A stretch of DNA of 63,873 bases, filler included. It is 9 parts of 9 records of this genome, joined end to end, with 100 filler letters (N's around TTAATTAATTAA, not from the genome) between each part and the next. Parts side by side here need not be neighbours in the genome. Positions count along the whole stretch, not along the records: positions 7,312 to 10,841 come from SRR20825010_1723; positions 10,942 to 21,407 come from SRR20825010_1724; 7 more parts are not named here. One strand, written 5' to 3'. The notes below the pieces were generated by a model that was not told where the DNA came from, searched no databases, and was given only the letters and a program-made list of their open reading frames with translations. Shown piece by piece: positions 10,301-20,089 of this stretch. Position 1 is the stretch's first letter; the number at the start of each line of letters is the position of its first letter. Both the position numbers and the translations under genes were made by a program.

Positions 10301-10841
10301 TCAGCCAAGTTCGCCGGGTTTGTACCAATCGCCCATCTTCACCGTGGACGCATCGCCAACCATCTCTGCAAAGGCGGCCGGGTCCTGCGTGCCGCCGTCG
10401 CCCCCGCGATAGTGGTAAGGATAGACATAGGTCGGCTTGAACTCCCGCACTGCGTCGGCGGCGGCCTCGGCGGTCATGGTGAACGGCAGGTTCATGCAGA
10501 CAAAGGCAACGTCGATGTCTTCCAGCGCGCGCATCTCCGGCAAGTCCTCGGTATCGCCCGAGATATAGACGCGGAAATCGTCCATCGAAAGGACATACCC
10601 GTTGTCACGACCTTCGGGGTGATATTTTTCGCGGCCCTCGGTTGTATTGTGTGCGGGGATGGCGTCCACCTGCAGGCCGGTCAGGCTCGCGGTGTCACCG
10701 TTCGACAGGACGCTGGTGTTCACCTTCAGCTCATCCGACAGCATGTCGAACACCGCCGGGTTGGTGATCATCTGGGTGTTCTCTCCCTTGATCGCCGCCA
10801 GAACGTCGGCGTTGTAGTGGTCGCCGTGCTCATGCGTGATC
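10301..10841 (-). CDS. MBL-fold metallo-hydrolase (5' truncated)
   Basis: THEHGDH (HxHxDH) read at 10840-10815; YISGDT, MNLPFTM and YPYHY motifs. Confidence 0.9.
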
Positions 10842-10941
10842 NNNNNNNNNNNNNNNNNNNNNNNNNNNNNNNNNNNNNNNNNNNNTTAATTAATTAANNN
10901 NNNNNNNNNNNNNNNNNNNNNNNNNNNNNNNNNNNNNNNNN
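10842..10941. other. Artificial contig linker
   Basis: N-run with TTAATTAATTAA core. Confidence 0.99.
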
Positions 10942-11200
10942 AGAGCGCGTAATTCTGGAACACCATGGCGACGTTGCGCTGACGGGGTGCCAGATCGTTG
11001 ACCACGGTCCCGGCGATCTCGATCTCGCCGCCGCTGATGGTCTCCAGCCCGGCGATCATCCGGAGCAGGGTGGACTTGCCGCAACCGGACGGCCCGACGA
11101 TGACCACGAACTCTCCCGGCTCGAACCGGGCATCGAGCCCATGCACCACCTGTGTCTCGCCGTAAGACTTGCGGACCTGCCTCAGTTCGATCGTCGCCAT
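10942..11200 (-). CDS. Carbohydrate/glycerol-phosphate ABC transporter ATP-binding subunit (MalK/UgpC-like, 3' truncated)
   Basis: Walker [18 protein letters not shown] and AMVFQNYAL. Confidence 0.92.
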
Positions 11201-11350
11201 GGTCTGACCCTCATCCCGGTTGCGTAGCGGGAGGAGGGTAGGCATGTGGGTGGATCAGAACCGCGACTCCATCATATCAATTCGATGAACAAACGATGGC
11301 AGTTCTGATTAGCCCGTATGTTCAATGTGGTAATGGGGCCGGAGCTGCCG

Positions 11351-11959
11351 TCAGCCCATCCGCTCACCCGCCCGGACTGGTTCCGGCAGGCGGTTTTCCG
11401 GTGGGGCCAGCGGGCAGACCCAGTCCGGCGAGTGATAGCAGGACGGGTGGTAGGCGAAGTTGAAATCGAGGATCAGCTTGCCGTCCTGCGTCTGGCCCAG
11501 ATCGGCGCTCTTGATGCTGTCCAGCAGGTAGCGTCCGCCGCCATAGGTCTCGCTGCCGCTGGTGGCGTCGGTGAAGGGCAGGAAGGTGCCGCCGCCATAG
11601 CCCTCGATCCAGTAGACGGTCAGCTCGGCGCCGAGTTTCGAGGCAAGCCCGCGCGTGCGGGCGGCGGGGCGCAGGGAGATATGCCCGTCATTGCCGATTT
11701 CGCCTGCCAGCACGGCGTCGTTTTCCGGCGCTTCCAGATCGACCTCGAAGCGCATTTCGGGATCGTAATCAAACAGCGGGATGGCGCCGTAGTCCGCCCG
11801 GCGCTCTTCCCCGATGGGCGACTGGTCATGGTCGCAGAACAGGGCGTTCCGTGTGTCGCGCCAGAGAGTCCAGGCGGTCTCCGGATCTTCGGCCCGGCGG
11901 ATATCTGTATAAAGTTCGGCAACCCTTCGGCGCCAGTCGGCAAGCGAAACGGTCTTCAT
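11351..11959 (-). CDS. DUF1684 family protein
   Basis: FLPFTDATSGSETYGGGRYL and LDFNFAYHPSC...WVCPLAPPENRL motifs. Confidence 0.9.
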   Translation of the reverse strand: MKTVSLADWRRRVAELYTDIRRAEDPETAWTLWRDTRNALFCDHDQSPIGEERRADYGAIPLFDYDPEMRFEVDLEAPENDAVLAGEIGNDGHISLRPAARTRGLASKLGAELTVYWIEGYGGGTFLPFTDATSGSETYGGGRYLLDSIKSADLGQTQDGKLILDFNFAYHPSCYHSPDWVCPLAPPENRLPEPVRAGERMG

Positions 11960-12125
11960 CACGGTCCCCCAACAAATTTCCGAAAAGATGGGGGCTGTTG
12001 CCGGAATTGCCACCTCAAAGCCCTGTGAGGTGCGGTCTTTGCCGTGCCCGCTGCGGCTTGACCGCCCTGCCGTGCGGGCCGAAGCTGGCGATCGAAAGAA
12101 ACAGCATCTAAACCGGAGGAACCCC

Positions 12126-12731
12126 ATGACCTGGATCGCGACCGTGCCCTATGCCGAGGCAACCGGCCGGCTGAAGACGCTCTATGACCGGGTCAAGGGG
12201 CCGGACGACAATGTCGATAACATCATGATGGCTCACAGCTTGCGCCCGCATTCCATGGAAGGGCACATGCATCTCTACAAGTACGTGCTGCATCACACCG
12301 GCAACAAGGTGCCGAAATGGATGCTGGAGGCGCTCGGCGTCTATGTCAGCCAGATCAACCAGTGCGGCTACTGCGTCGAGCATCATTTCCAGGGCATGAA
12401 GCGCCTGCTGGCCGACGATGCCCGCGCCGATGCCATCCGGGCCGCGTTCGAGGCCGACGCGCCGGAGCAGGCCTTCGAGGGCGCCGAGCTGGAAATGTGC
12501 CGCTATGCCGAGAAACTGACCCGCGATCCGGCCATGGTGAACGAAGCCGAAATCGAGGCCATGCGCGCCGCCGGGCTGGATGACGGGCGCATTCTCGAGG
12601 TGAACCAGGTTGTCAGTTACTTCTGTTACGCCAACAGAACGGTTCTCGGACTGGGAGTGAGTACGGCCGGAGACATCATCGGTCTGTCACCGAACGAGTC
12701 GGAAGATCCGGATAACTGGTCGCATAGCTGA
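12126..12731 (+). CDS. Peroxidase-related enzyme (AhpD/CMD family)
   Basis: MTWIATVPY start with GGAGG RBS; SQINQCGYCVEHH CxxC motif; YFCYANRTVLGLG. Confidence 0.88.
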   Translation: MTWIATVPYAEATGRLKTLYDRVKGPDDNVDNIMMAHSLRPHSMEGHMHLYKYVLHHTGNKVPKWMLEALGVYVSQINQCGYCVEHHFQGMKRLLADDARADAIRAAFEADAPEQAFEGAELEMCRYAEKLTRDPAMVNEAEIEAMRAAGLDDGRILEVNQVVSYFCYANRTVLGLGVSTAGDIIGLSPNESEDPDNWSHS

Positions 12732-12759
12732 GGCGTGACGAGGGATTCCATGCTTCGGG

Positions 12760-13296
12760 GTGCTTGTATTGACTGACACGATCGATATTCACGAAAGCCG
12801 ACCCGAAGACTTACCCGCGATCGAGGCGCTCTATCCGGCTGCTTTCCCGGAGGAGGACCTGCTGCCGGTCGTGCGGGCCCTCCTGCGCGATACGCCGGAT
12901 ATTCTCTCGTTGGTCGCGACGGCAGATGCCGCGAAGGCCGGACATATCGTTTTCACGCCTTGTGGCATCTCCGGGCAATCGGGAAAGGTTGCGCTGCTGG
13001 GGCCGCTCGCGGTCGCGCCCGTGATGCAACGGCGGGGGATCGGCAGCGCTCTCGTCCGCAAAGGGCTTGAGCGGCTGGAAGCTGGAGGGATCCAGAGGGT
13101 CCTGGTGCTCGGTGATCCGGCCTATTACGGGCGCTTCGGGTTCACGCCGGACAAGGACATAGCACCGCCCTACAGCCTGCCCGACGACTGGCGCGAGGCA
13201 TGGCGCTCCCTTGGCCTTGGCGATGTGGGACCGCTGAAACCTGGAACGCTCGCTGTCCCGCCTGCGTGGCGGGTGAAAGCCTATTGGGGAGCGTGA
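12760..13296 (+). CDS. GNAT family N-acetyltransferase (YhbS-like)
   Basis: LLGPLAVAPVMQRRGIGSALV and VLGDPAYYGRFGF. Confidence 0.92.
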   Translation: MLVLTDTIDIHESRPEDLPAIEALYPAAFPEEDLLPVVRALLRDTPDILSLVATADAAKAGHIVFTPCGISGQSGKVALLGPLAVAPVMQRRGIGSALVRKGLERLEAGGIQRVLVLGDPAYYGRFGFTPDKDIAPPYSLPDDWREAWRSLGLGDVGPLKPGTLAVPPAWRVKAYWGA

Positions 13297-15065
13297 CGGA
13301 CGGCCTGGCGTCTCTTCAGCAATCCCATCAGCGCCGGCCCCATCTCCGCCGCCGAGCGGCAGAGCAGGGCGCCTGCTTCCTCAAGCTCCGCGCCGACATC
13401 GACCGGCAGGCTGGAGTTGGAGGCTTCCGGGATCTGGTTCAGTCGTCCGCCCATCAGCACCGGGATATCGAGGCCCTGTTCCGCAAGCGTGGCCTTCAGC
13501 GTCCGGTAATAGCCGAGCGCGACGCCGTTATAGGTGCTGATGGCGATGGCGTCCGGTCGTAGCTCCACTGCCCGGGCAGCAAGCACTTCCGGGTCAGTGG
13601 AGACACCGCCATCGAGCGCGGTGAGGCCGAGCTGGCGGACCAGTTCCTCGACCACCATCTTGCCGTGCTCATGCACGTCCCCCGCCGCCACCAGCACTTT
13701 CAGGCCGCTGCCGGATAATGATGTGCGCACGCCTTCCGGCATCTCCGCCAGTGCCGCCCCTGCCATCTCCGCGATCTCGGAGACGATGGTCGCGGGTACC
13801 AGCGGTGCGCGGCCGCCGATAATGTCGGGGTCGGGCGTGCCGGGACCGAAGGCGGCTTCGAGCTTCCGTGCGCCGATCCGGCGGAGGGCCAGCAGCAGCT
13901 CGAAGACGTCGCTGGTATCGATACCCGTTTCAGCAAGGCCCTTCAGTACGGCCTTCGCGAAGGCGCGTCCGCCGTCCAGTATTTTGGCGGCAATGGCGTC
14001 GGCTTCCTCTTCCGCTATAAGCGGAACCCAGTCCAGCGCATGCTCTTTCAGACGCCCGGCATGGAGCTGGGCTTCGATCACCTCGTCGATTTCCGGGATA
14101 CGTTCGTTCTCGGTTACCGGTACAGGGTTGATGGCGTGGCCTGTCGGCCGGGTTGCCTGGCCCAGTGCGTCTACCAAGAGGTAGCTGGAGAGGCTGGCGG
14201 CATTCTCCGCCGGAGTGCCCCGGTAGCTCGTCGTGTTGCCGTAGATCATCGAGCCCGGCGCATTGTCTCCAGAGAGAGCCAGCGCGCGCTGGAAGGCGAG
14301 GCGGGCCAGCGGGTCGGAGAAATGGTGGCCGTAACAATGCACCACCGGTACCCCGGCGAGGCGCCCGATCTCCCGCTCGATCAGGATCAGGCCGAGGCAG
14401 GAGGCAAGGTCCGTCAGATGCGCACCGAACCCGTCATCGATGTTGGAATGCACCAGCACCGGCACCGGCTGGGCGGCGATCAGGCCAAGGGCACGAACGG
14501 TCTCCCGCGTGGCGGCGATATCGTCGTCATGGCCCGGAATGCGGAAGGTGAAATATTGCCCGAGATTACCGATCGTGGTGCTGCCCGCCGCCAGTGCTGC
14601 CTGGGTATTTTCCAGTGCCGCCGGAAAGCCGAGCACGAAATCGCCGAAATGGGGCGCCACCGGTGCCGCGTTGGCCAGTTCCACGAAATCCTCGACACCG
14701 CGCAGGATCATGCCGGTGCCGCGCGTCGCTTTCTCGCGGACGGCTTTCGGCAGGGCCATGGACCAGTCGAGGCACAGCCCGTAGCGGTCGACAATGATCC
14801 CGCGCAGGCGGCAGGCCTCCCAGATCTCCCGATAGGCCCGGATGCTTTTGCCCGGATCGCGATAGCCGAGCTGGGCATGTTGCATGATGCCGCCCTCGGC
14901 CATCCGGCGCAGTTTGTAGTCATGCTCCGACGTGGCGCCGGCTTCTTTCAGGAAGGCGGACGGGCCGATGGGCCAGCTCGCAGCATGTCTGGCGCCGTCT
15001 GCAAGCAGATCGGCGCCGTTCGGCAGATCGGGCTCGGGCAGGATTGTAGAGCGGTCTGGCAGCAT
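13281..15065 (-). CDS. Cobalamin-binding-domain protein with large uncharacterised N-terminal catalytic domain
   Basis: C-terminal Rossmann B12 domain: DVHEHG (DxHxxG), AISTY and LMGG; ~440 aa N-terminal region not assignable by eye. Confidence 0.85.
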   Translation of the reverse strand: MLPDRSTILPEPDLPNGADLLADGARHAASWPIGPSAFLKEAGATSEHDYKLRRMAEGGIMQHAQLGYRDPGKSIRAYREIWEACRLRGIIVDRYGLCLDWSMALPKAVREKATRGTGMILRGVEDFVELANAAPVAPHFGDFVLGFPAALENTQAALAAGSTTIGNLGQYFTFRIPGHDDDIAATRETVRALGLIAAQPVPVLVHSNIDDGFGAHLTDLASCLGLILIEREIGRLAGVPVVHCYGHHFSDPLARLAFQRALALSGDNAPGSMIYGNTTSYRGTPAENAASLSSYLLVDALGQATRPTGHAINPVPVTENERIPEIDEVIEAQLHAGRLKEHALDWVPLIAEEEADAIAAKILDGGRAFAKAVLKGLAETGIDTSDVFELLLALRRIGARKLEAAFGPGTPDPDIIGGRAPLVPATIVSEIAEMAGAALAEMPEGVRTSLSGSGLKVLVAAGDVHEHGKMVVEELVRQLGLTALDGGVSTDPEVLAARAVELRPDAIAISTYNGVALGYYRTLKATLAEQGLDIPVLMGGRLNQIPEASNSSLPVDVGAELEEAGALLCRSAAEMGPALMGLLKRRQAVRHAPQ

Positions 15066-15290
15066 CGGATGGGTACTCTAAGGAGCGGTAAGGCGGGAGA
15101 GGGCATTATGCATGGGGCGGCGGCAGCGCTCAAATTTTCCTCCCGGCGCTTTTCTTGTCCGGTGTTATCGGTGCAGGTTCACGCAGAACCGTCTCTGGAC
15201 CTCGTTACGGGAACCCGCTTAGAGTCATTATTGAAACGATATAGCGCGCTGCGTGGCTCTTGCGATCCGCGCCAGATCTGGAGTGAGACG

Positions 15291-16127
15291 ATGAAGCGTT
15301 TGGGGATCATTGTAGGGGCCGTTGTCGCGCTCCTGTTGGTGGCGGTGGTTGGCGTCGTCGTCTTCGTGTTCGGCAATCTCGACTCCCTGGTCAAGGACGT
15401 GATCGAGGAGCAGGGCACGCGCGTCGCCGGGGTGCCGGTCAGTGTCTCCGGGGTGAAGATCGAGGTGCTGGATGGCCGGGCCGGGATCAACGGGCTGGCT
15501 GTGGGCAATCCGTCCGGCTTCAAGAGCGACAGCGCGATCTCGCTTGGCGGGATCAGTGTGGTTCTGGATACCGCGAGCGTCAGCCAGCCGGTGATCGTGA
15601 TCAAGGAGATCACCGTCGACGAGCCGGCGGTGACCTACGAGCTGATGCCGGGCGGCAACAATATCGGCATCATCGCGGGCAACGTGAAAAGGAACAGTGG
15701 CGGCGGGAGCAGTTCATCCGGCGGGGCGTCCTCCGAAGAGAGCGGCGGGACGGACAAGAAACTGATCATCGAAACGCTGAAGATTCGCGGTGGCAAGGTG
15801 ACGGTTGCCGCCTCCCTGCTTGATCAGGGCAAGGCGCTGGAAGCCCGGCTGCCGGACATCACCCTCAGGAACATAGGCAAGGATTCCGGTGGCGCGACCC
15901 CCGGAGAGGTGGCCGCCGAAGTGATGGCCGCCCTGACCGACGCCGCCAGCCGGGCCGCCGCGAGCATAGGCGTCGGCAAGACCCTTGAGGCTCTGAAACA
16001 AAATATCGGCAACATCAATGGCGGCAAGCTACCGACGGACGCAGAGGGTGCGAAGCAGGCCGTCGATGATGCGAAAAAGGAGCTGGAAAAGGCTGGCGAG
16101 GGGTTGAAAAAGCTGTTCGGGAACTGA
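15291..16127 (+). CDS. AsmA-like/DUF748-type membrane-anchored protein
   Basis: ATG 15291 after GGAG; N-terminal TM helix; GLAVGNPSGF, VIKEITVDEP and LPDITLRNIG beta-rich pattern. Confidence 0.75.
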   Translation: MKRLGIIVGAVVALLLVAVVGVVVFVFGNLDSLVKDVIEEQGTRVAGVPVSVSGVKIEVLDGRAGINGLAVGNPSGFKSDSAISLGGISVVLDTASVSQPVIVIKEITVDEPAVTYELMPGGNNIGIIAGNVKRNSGGGSSSSGGASSEESGGTDKKLIIETLKIRGGKVTVAASLLDQGKALEARLPDITLRNIGKDSGGATPGEVAAEVMAALTDAASRAAASIGVGKTLEALKQNIGNINGGKLPTDAEGAKQAVDDAKKELEKAGEGLKKLFGN

Positions 16128-16178
16128 GTGGGGCGGACAGCTTCCTCCCATCCCTTATCCCGCCCCTCCCACACGCTA

Positions 16179-16263
16179 GTTATCCTGCCCGGAGATCCGG
16201 GACCCAGCTTTTCACAAGGCAAGGGCGGCGGAGATATGGATCCCGGATCTGGTCCGGGATGAC
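16179..16263. repeat. REP/MITE-like palindromic intergenic element
   Basis: GTTATCCTGCCCGGAGATCCGGGACCCA...TGGATCCCGGATCTGGTCCGGGATGAC; long imperfect terminal inverted repeat; relative at 40339. Confidence 0.7.
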
Positions 16264-16339
16264 GGATTGCGGTCCGCGATCTGAGTATCCTGCCCCCTTC
16301 TTTCTGCCCGCCTCATTCCCCAAACAGCGGAGAACCACC

Positions 16340-17473
16340 ATGAACTTCAACGCCCTGCCTTTCGACGCCGACGCCATGTGCACAGGCCTCCGCCCGTGGA
16401 TCGAATGCGAGAGTCCGACCCATGACGCGGCGGCGGTCGACCGGATGATTGATCTTGCGAGCTATGACCTCGCGGCGTTGGGCGCCAGGATTGAGCGGAT
16501 TCCCGGGCGCATGGGCCTGGGCGGCTGTGTGCGCGCCACCTTTCCGCATCCGAAGGCGGGCACGCCGGGTATTCTGATCGCCGGCCACATGGACACGGTG
16601 CATCCCGTCGGCACGCTCGCCCGCCTCCCCTACCGGCGCGAGGACGGGAAGTGCTGGGGGCCCGGCATCCAGGACATGAAGGGCGGCAACTATCTGTCGC
16701 TGGAGGCGATCCGGCAACTGGCCGCCGCGAACATCGAGACGCCACTGCCCGTGACCGTGCTGTTCACACCGGACGAGGAGATCGGCACGCCCGCGACCCG
16801 GGAGCTGATCGAGGCCACGGCAAAGAGCCAGAAATACGTGCTCGTCCCCGAGCCGGCCCGCCCCGATGGCGGCGTCGTCTGGGGCCGCTATGCCATTGCG
16901 CGCTTCAACCTCAGTACGACCGGCACCCCGATCCATGCGGGCGTCGATCCGCGCCTCGGGCGCTCGGCGGTGCGGGAAATGGCCCGGCGCATCCTCGAGA
17001 TCGAGGAGATGAGCACCGACAGCTGCACCTTTTCGGTGGGCTGCGTGACCTCGGACCAGAGCCACGTCAATTGCGTGCCGTCCGGCTGCTCGGCCGAAGC
17101 GCTGTCCATGGCCAAGCGGCAGCAGGATCTGGATGCGGGCGTCAAGAAGATGCTGGCGTTAAACAATCCTGAAGGCGATGTCGGCTTTAACGTCGCGCGC
17201 GGCGTCACGCGGCCGGTGTGGGAGCCGAGCGCTACGGACAAAGCGCTGTTTGAGCATGCAAAGAGCCTCGCCGCAGGCCTGGGATTCGAGATCAATGCCC
17301 ATATGGCGGGCGGCGGCTCGGACGGTAACTTCACCGGCGCGATGGGCATCCCGACTCTCGATAGCCTCGGCGTGCGCGGCGCCGGACTGCATACGCTGGA
17401 TGAGCATATCGAGATCGAGAGCCTCGCCGAACGGGGCAAGCTGATGGCGGGCCTGCTGGCAACGCTGAGCTGA
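16340..17473 (+). CDS. M20/M25/M40 metallopeptidase (carboxypeptidase G2-like)
   Basis: GHMDTV, DMKGG, DEEIG, VPEP, GGGSDGN and HTLDE zinc-ligand motifs. Confidence 0.92.
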   Translation: MNFNALPFDADAMCTGLRPWIECESPTHDAAAVDRMIDLASYDLAALGARIERIPGRMGLGGCVRATFPHPKAGTPGILIAGHMDTVHPVGTLARLPYRREDGKCWGPGIQDMKGGNYLSLEAIRQLAAANIETPLPVTVLFTPDEEIGTPATRELIEATAKSQKYVLVPEPARPDGGVVWGRYAIARFNLSTTGTPIHAGVDPRLGRSAVREMARRILEIEEMSTDSCTFSVGCVTSDQSHVNCVPSGCSAEALSMAKRQQDLDAGVKKMLALNNPEGDVGFNVARGVTRPVWEPSATDKALFEHAKSLAAGLGFEINAHMAGGGSDGNFTGAMGIPTLDSLGVRGAGLHTLDEHIEIESLAERGKLMAGLLATLS

Positions 17474-17766
17474 GAGCGACGCCATCCCTGATCGTCACCC
17501 CGGATCGGAGACCGGGATGACGACGGATGGAATTAGGGGGCACACTCGTTAATTCCGGCTTCCAGAACGGTCGGAATCTGGCGTGCCGCCATCAAACAGG
17601 GGGCGAATGCGCCTCCTCAACAGGAACAGTCGTTTCCAAGAGGAAACCTTTACATGCGCTATGCGACGATGACTGCATAGGGGTAGGCCTGCCTCTCTCA
17701 CCTGTCGTCATTCCGGCCTGAGCGCCGGCCAGTCTGGAAGATCCCGATGCCTGAAAGAGCCCTCCC

Positions 17767-19032
17767 ATGATCCAAGTCCTGACCGGGATCTGGGCACTGC
17801 TGATCGGCATTGTTTTCATCATGCTGGGCAACGGCATGCATTTCACCCTGATCGGTCTGCGCGGCGGGATCGAGGGGTTCTCGGCGGCGGAACAGGCCAT
17901 CATTGCCTCCGGATATTTCGTCGGCTTCCTGTCAGGTGCCCGCCTGACGCCGTCCCTGATCCAGCGGGTCGGGCATGTGCGGGTGTTCGCGGCCTTGGGC
18001 AGTTTCATTTCCGCGGGGCTGATCGCCTTTCCATTGCTGGCCGAACCGTGGGCCTGGACCATACTGCGGGTGCTCGTGGGCTTTTGTATGTCGGGCGTCT
18101 ATGTCACCGCCGAAAGCTGGCTGAACGATGCGTCGACGAACGAGACGCGCGGCAAGGTTCTGTCGACCTACATGATCGCACAGACGCTCGGTATCATTGG
18201 GGCGCAGGGGCTGCTGACGCTTGGTGATGCCAGCACCGCCGTCCTGTTTATCTGTGCCTCGATCCTTGTCTCGATCTCCTTTGCGCCAATCCTTCTGTCC
18301 GTCAGTCCGGCCCCGGCGGTGGAGGTCGTGCGCCCGATGTCCCTGCGCGATCTCTACTCAAGCTCACCGCTCGGCACAGTGGGAATCTTCCTGCTGGGCT
18401 GTATCTACGCGACGCTCTCGGGCATGGGGGCGGTGTTCGGCAGCCAGATCGGGCTGACGGCGACACAGATTTCACTCTTCGTCGCAATGCTGTTTGGCGG
18501 GGCGCTTGTATTGCAATATCCCGTCGGTTGGCTGTCGGACCGGATCGACCGGCGCAAACTGATCTTCGGCGCGGCCTGTCTTGGCGCAGCGTCCTGTACC
18601 GTTGGCTGGATGAGCGATGGCGGCCTGTGGCACCTCATGGGAGCCGCCTTTATCGTCGGCGGGGTCACAACGCCGCTTTACGCCCTGATTCTCGCCTACA
18701 CCAATGATTTCCTGTCGAGTGAAGATATGCCGGCCGCCTCCGGAGGGCTGGTCTTTGTCTTCGGGCTGGGCGCCATCCTGGGCCCGTTGTTCTCCGGCTG
18801 GGCGATGCAGCACCTCACCCCGTTCGCATTCTGGCTGGTGCTGGGCGTGACCTTCATCGCCATCGCGCTCTATGCGCTCTATCGCATGACGCAACGCGCG
18901 ATGCTCCCGGTGGCCGAAACCGACAGCTATCTGGGCGTGTTGCCCTCCGCCTCCCCTGTGGCGGTCGAGGCCGCAGGCGCATGGGCCGTCGAACAGGCAG
19001 AAGCGGAACGCGAAGACGACGCCGAAACCTGA
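17767..19032 (+). CDS. MFS transporter (YcaD-like)
   Basis: About 12 hydrophobic segments; IQRVGHVRVFAA, ESWLN and GWLSDRIDRR motifs. Confidence 0.92.
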   Translation: MIQVLTGIWALLIGIVFIMLGNGMHFTLIGLRGGIEGFSAAEQAIIASGYFVGFLSGARLTPSLIQRVGHVRVFAALGSFISAGLIAFPLLAEPWAWTILRVLVGFCMSGVYVTAESWLNDASTNETRGKVLSTYMIAQTLGIIGAQGLLTLGDASTAVLFICASILVSISFAPILLSVSPAPAVEVVRPMSLRDLYSSSPLGTVGIFLLGCIYATLSGMGAVFGSQIGLTATQISLFVAMLFGGALVLQYPVGWLSDRIDRRKLIFGAACLGAASCTVGWMSDGGLWHLMGAAFIVGGVTTPLYALILAYTNDFLSSEDMPAASGGLVFVFGLGAILGPLFSGWAMQHLTPFAFWLVLGVTFIAIALYALYRMTQRAMLPVAETDSYLGVLPSASPVAVEAAGAWAVEQAEAEREDDAET

Positions 19033-19043
19033 TCACAATTGCC

Positions 19044-19070
19044 TCCACGCACCCAGGTCTGGGTGCGTGG
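19044..19070. terminator. Hairpin between convergent MFS and dioxygenase genes
   Basis: CCACGCACCCAG-GT-CTGGGTGCGTGG perfect 12-bp inverted repeat. Confidence 0.55.
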
Positions 19071-19151
19071 GTCAATATGACGATAAAAAAAATCACTCCA
19101 TAATCCCGCGACTGAGACTGCCCACAGCGCACGGGCAACGCATCAAGCACG

Positions 19152-19946
19152 CTAAAGCAGAATCGGAAATTCCGGCCCGTCCAGCGGCGCGCCATGCTTC
19201 AGTGTCACATCCGGGAACGGCGGCGAGCTGACGATCCCCTCGCGGCGGGCGAAGGTCGCATCCTCGCCGACCAGCCGGAGGGAGAAGGCCCGGCGTTGGG
19301 CCGTGGCGCTCGTATTCGCGGGGGCGCCGTGGACCGTGCGGTAGTCGAAGGCCACCGCGTCGCCGGGGGAGAGTTCCCAGCCGATAATGTCGTAATCGCT
19401 CCGGTTGCCGTCGATATCCGGCAGCGCCTCCAGTCCGTCATTCTCGTTCAGCGCCGTGCCGTCGAAGCGTTGCGGGCGATAGAATTTACCCCAGAGGTGA
19501 GAACCCGCGACGAATTCGAGGGTCCGGTCGCGCGGGATTTCGTCGAGCGGGATCCAGATGCTGACGGTCTGGCTCGCATCGAGGCAGTAATAGGGGAGAT
19601 CCTGGTGCCACGGGGTCGGGATGCCGGTCTTCGGCGTCTTCACCAGCACATGCTCGTGGAACAGGCGGACAGACTTGCTGCCCATCAGCTCGGCGCCGAT
19701 TGCCGCCGCGGGCGAGTTGAAGATGAAGTCGCGATATTCCGTGACCCGGTCCCAGTTGCAGTAATCGACGAAGAATCGCCCGCCCTCTTCCGCCTGGTAG
19801 TTCCGCACGTTGGGTGCGGGATGCGCCATGTTGTAGGCGATGCCCTTGCTCAGGGTCTCGATCCAGTCCGAGAAGACGCCGCGCAGGACCGTCGCGCCCT
19901 TGGTCTGGAATTCCTCGATACTGTCCCGGGAGAGATGCCTGGTCAT
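19152..19946 (-). CDS. Phytanoyl-CoA dioxygenase (PhyH) family Fe(II)/2OG oxygenase
   Basis: TPWHQD (HxD), LEFVAGSHLW, GDAVAFDYRTVHGA and RRAFSLR. Confidence 0.92.
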   Translation of the reverse strand: MTRHLSRDSIEEFQTKGATVLRGVFSDWIETLSKGIAYNMAHPAPNVRNYQAEEGGRFFVDYCNWDRVTEYRDFIFNSPAAAIGAELMGSKSVRLFHEHVLVKTPKTGIPTPWHQDLPYYCLDASQTVSIWIPLDEIPRDRTLEFVAGSHLWGKFYRPQRFDGTALNENDGLEALPDIDGNRSDYDIIGWELSPGDAVAFDYRTVHGAPANTSATAQRRAFSLRLVGEDATFARREGIVSSPPFPDVTLKHGAPLDGPEFPILL

Positions 19947-20089
19947 GAAAGTACCCGCGATGTTGCACTGCATTGCCAATGTCACGGGCAATCGTGCTGC
20001 ATCATCCGGAAAAATAATAATGTTTATTTTCCGGGCCGCAGGGGCCGGGATCGTGAGCGTCGTGAAGGAGGGAGAGAGATCACATCTCC

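Noticed and set aside
14040-15290. 695-aa ORF 14040-16127 as one long protein
   Set aside because: The first ~417 codons are the antisense shadow of the B12 protein plus intergenic DNA. The real gene starts at ATG 15291 with an RBS and TM anchor.
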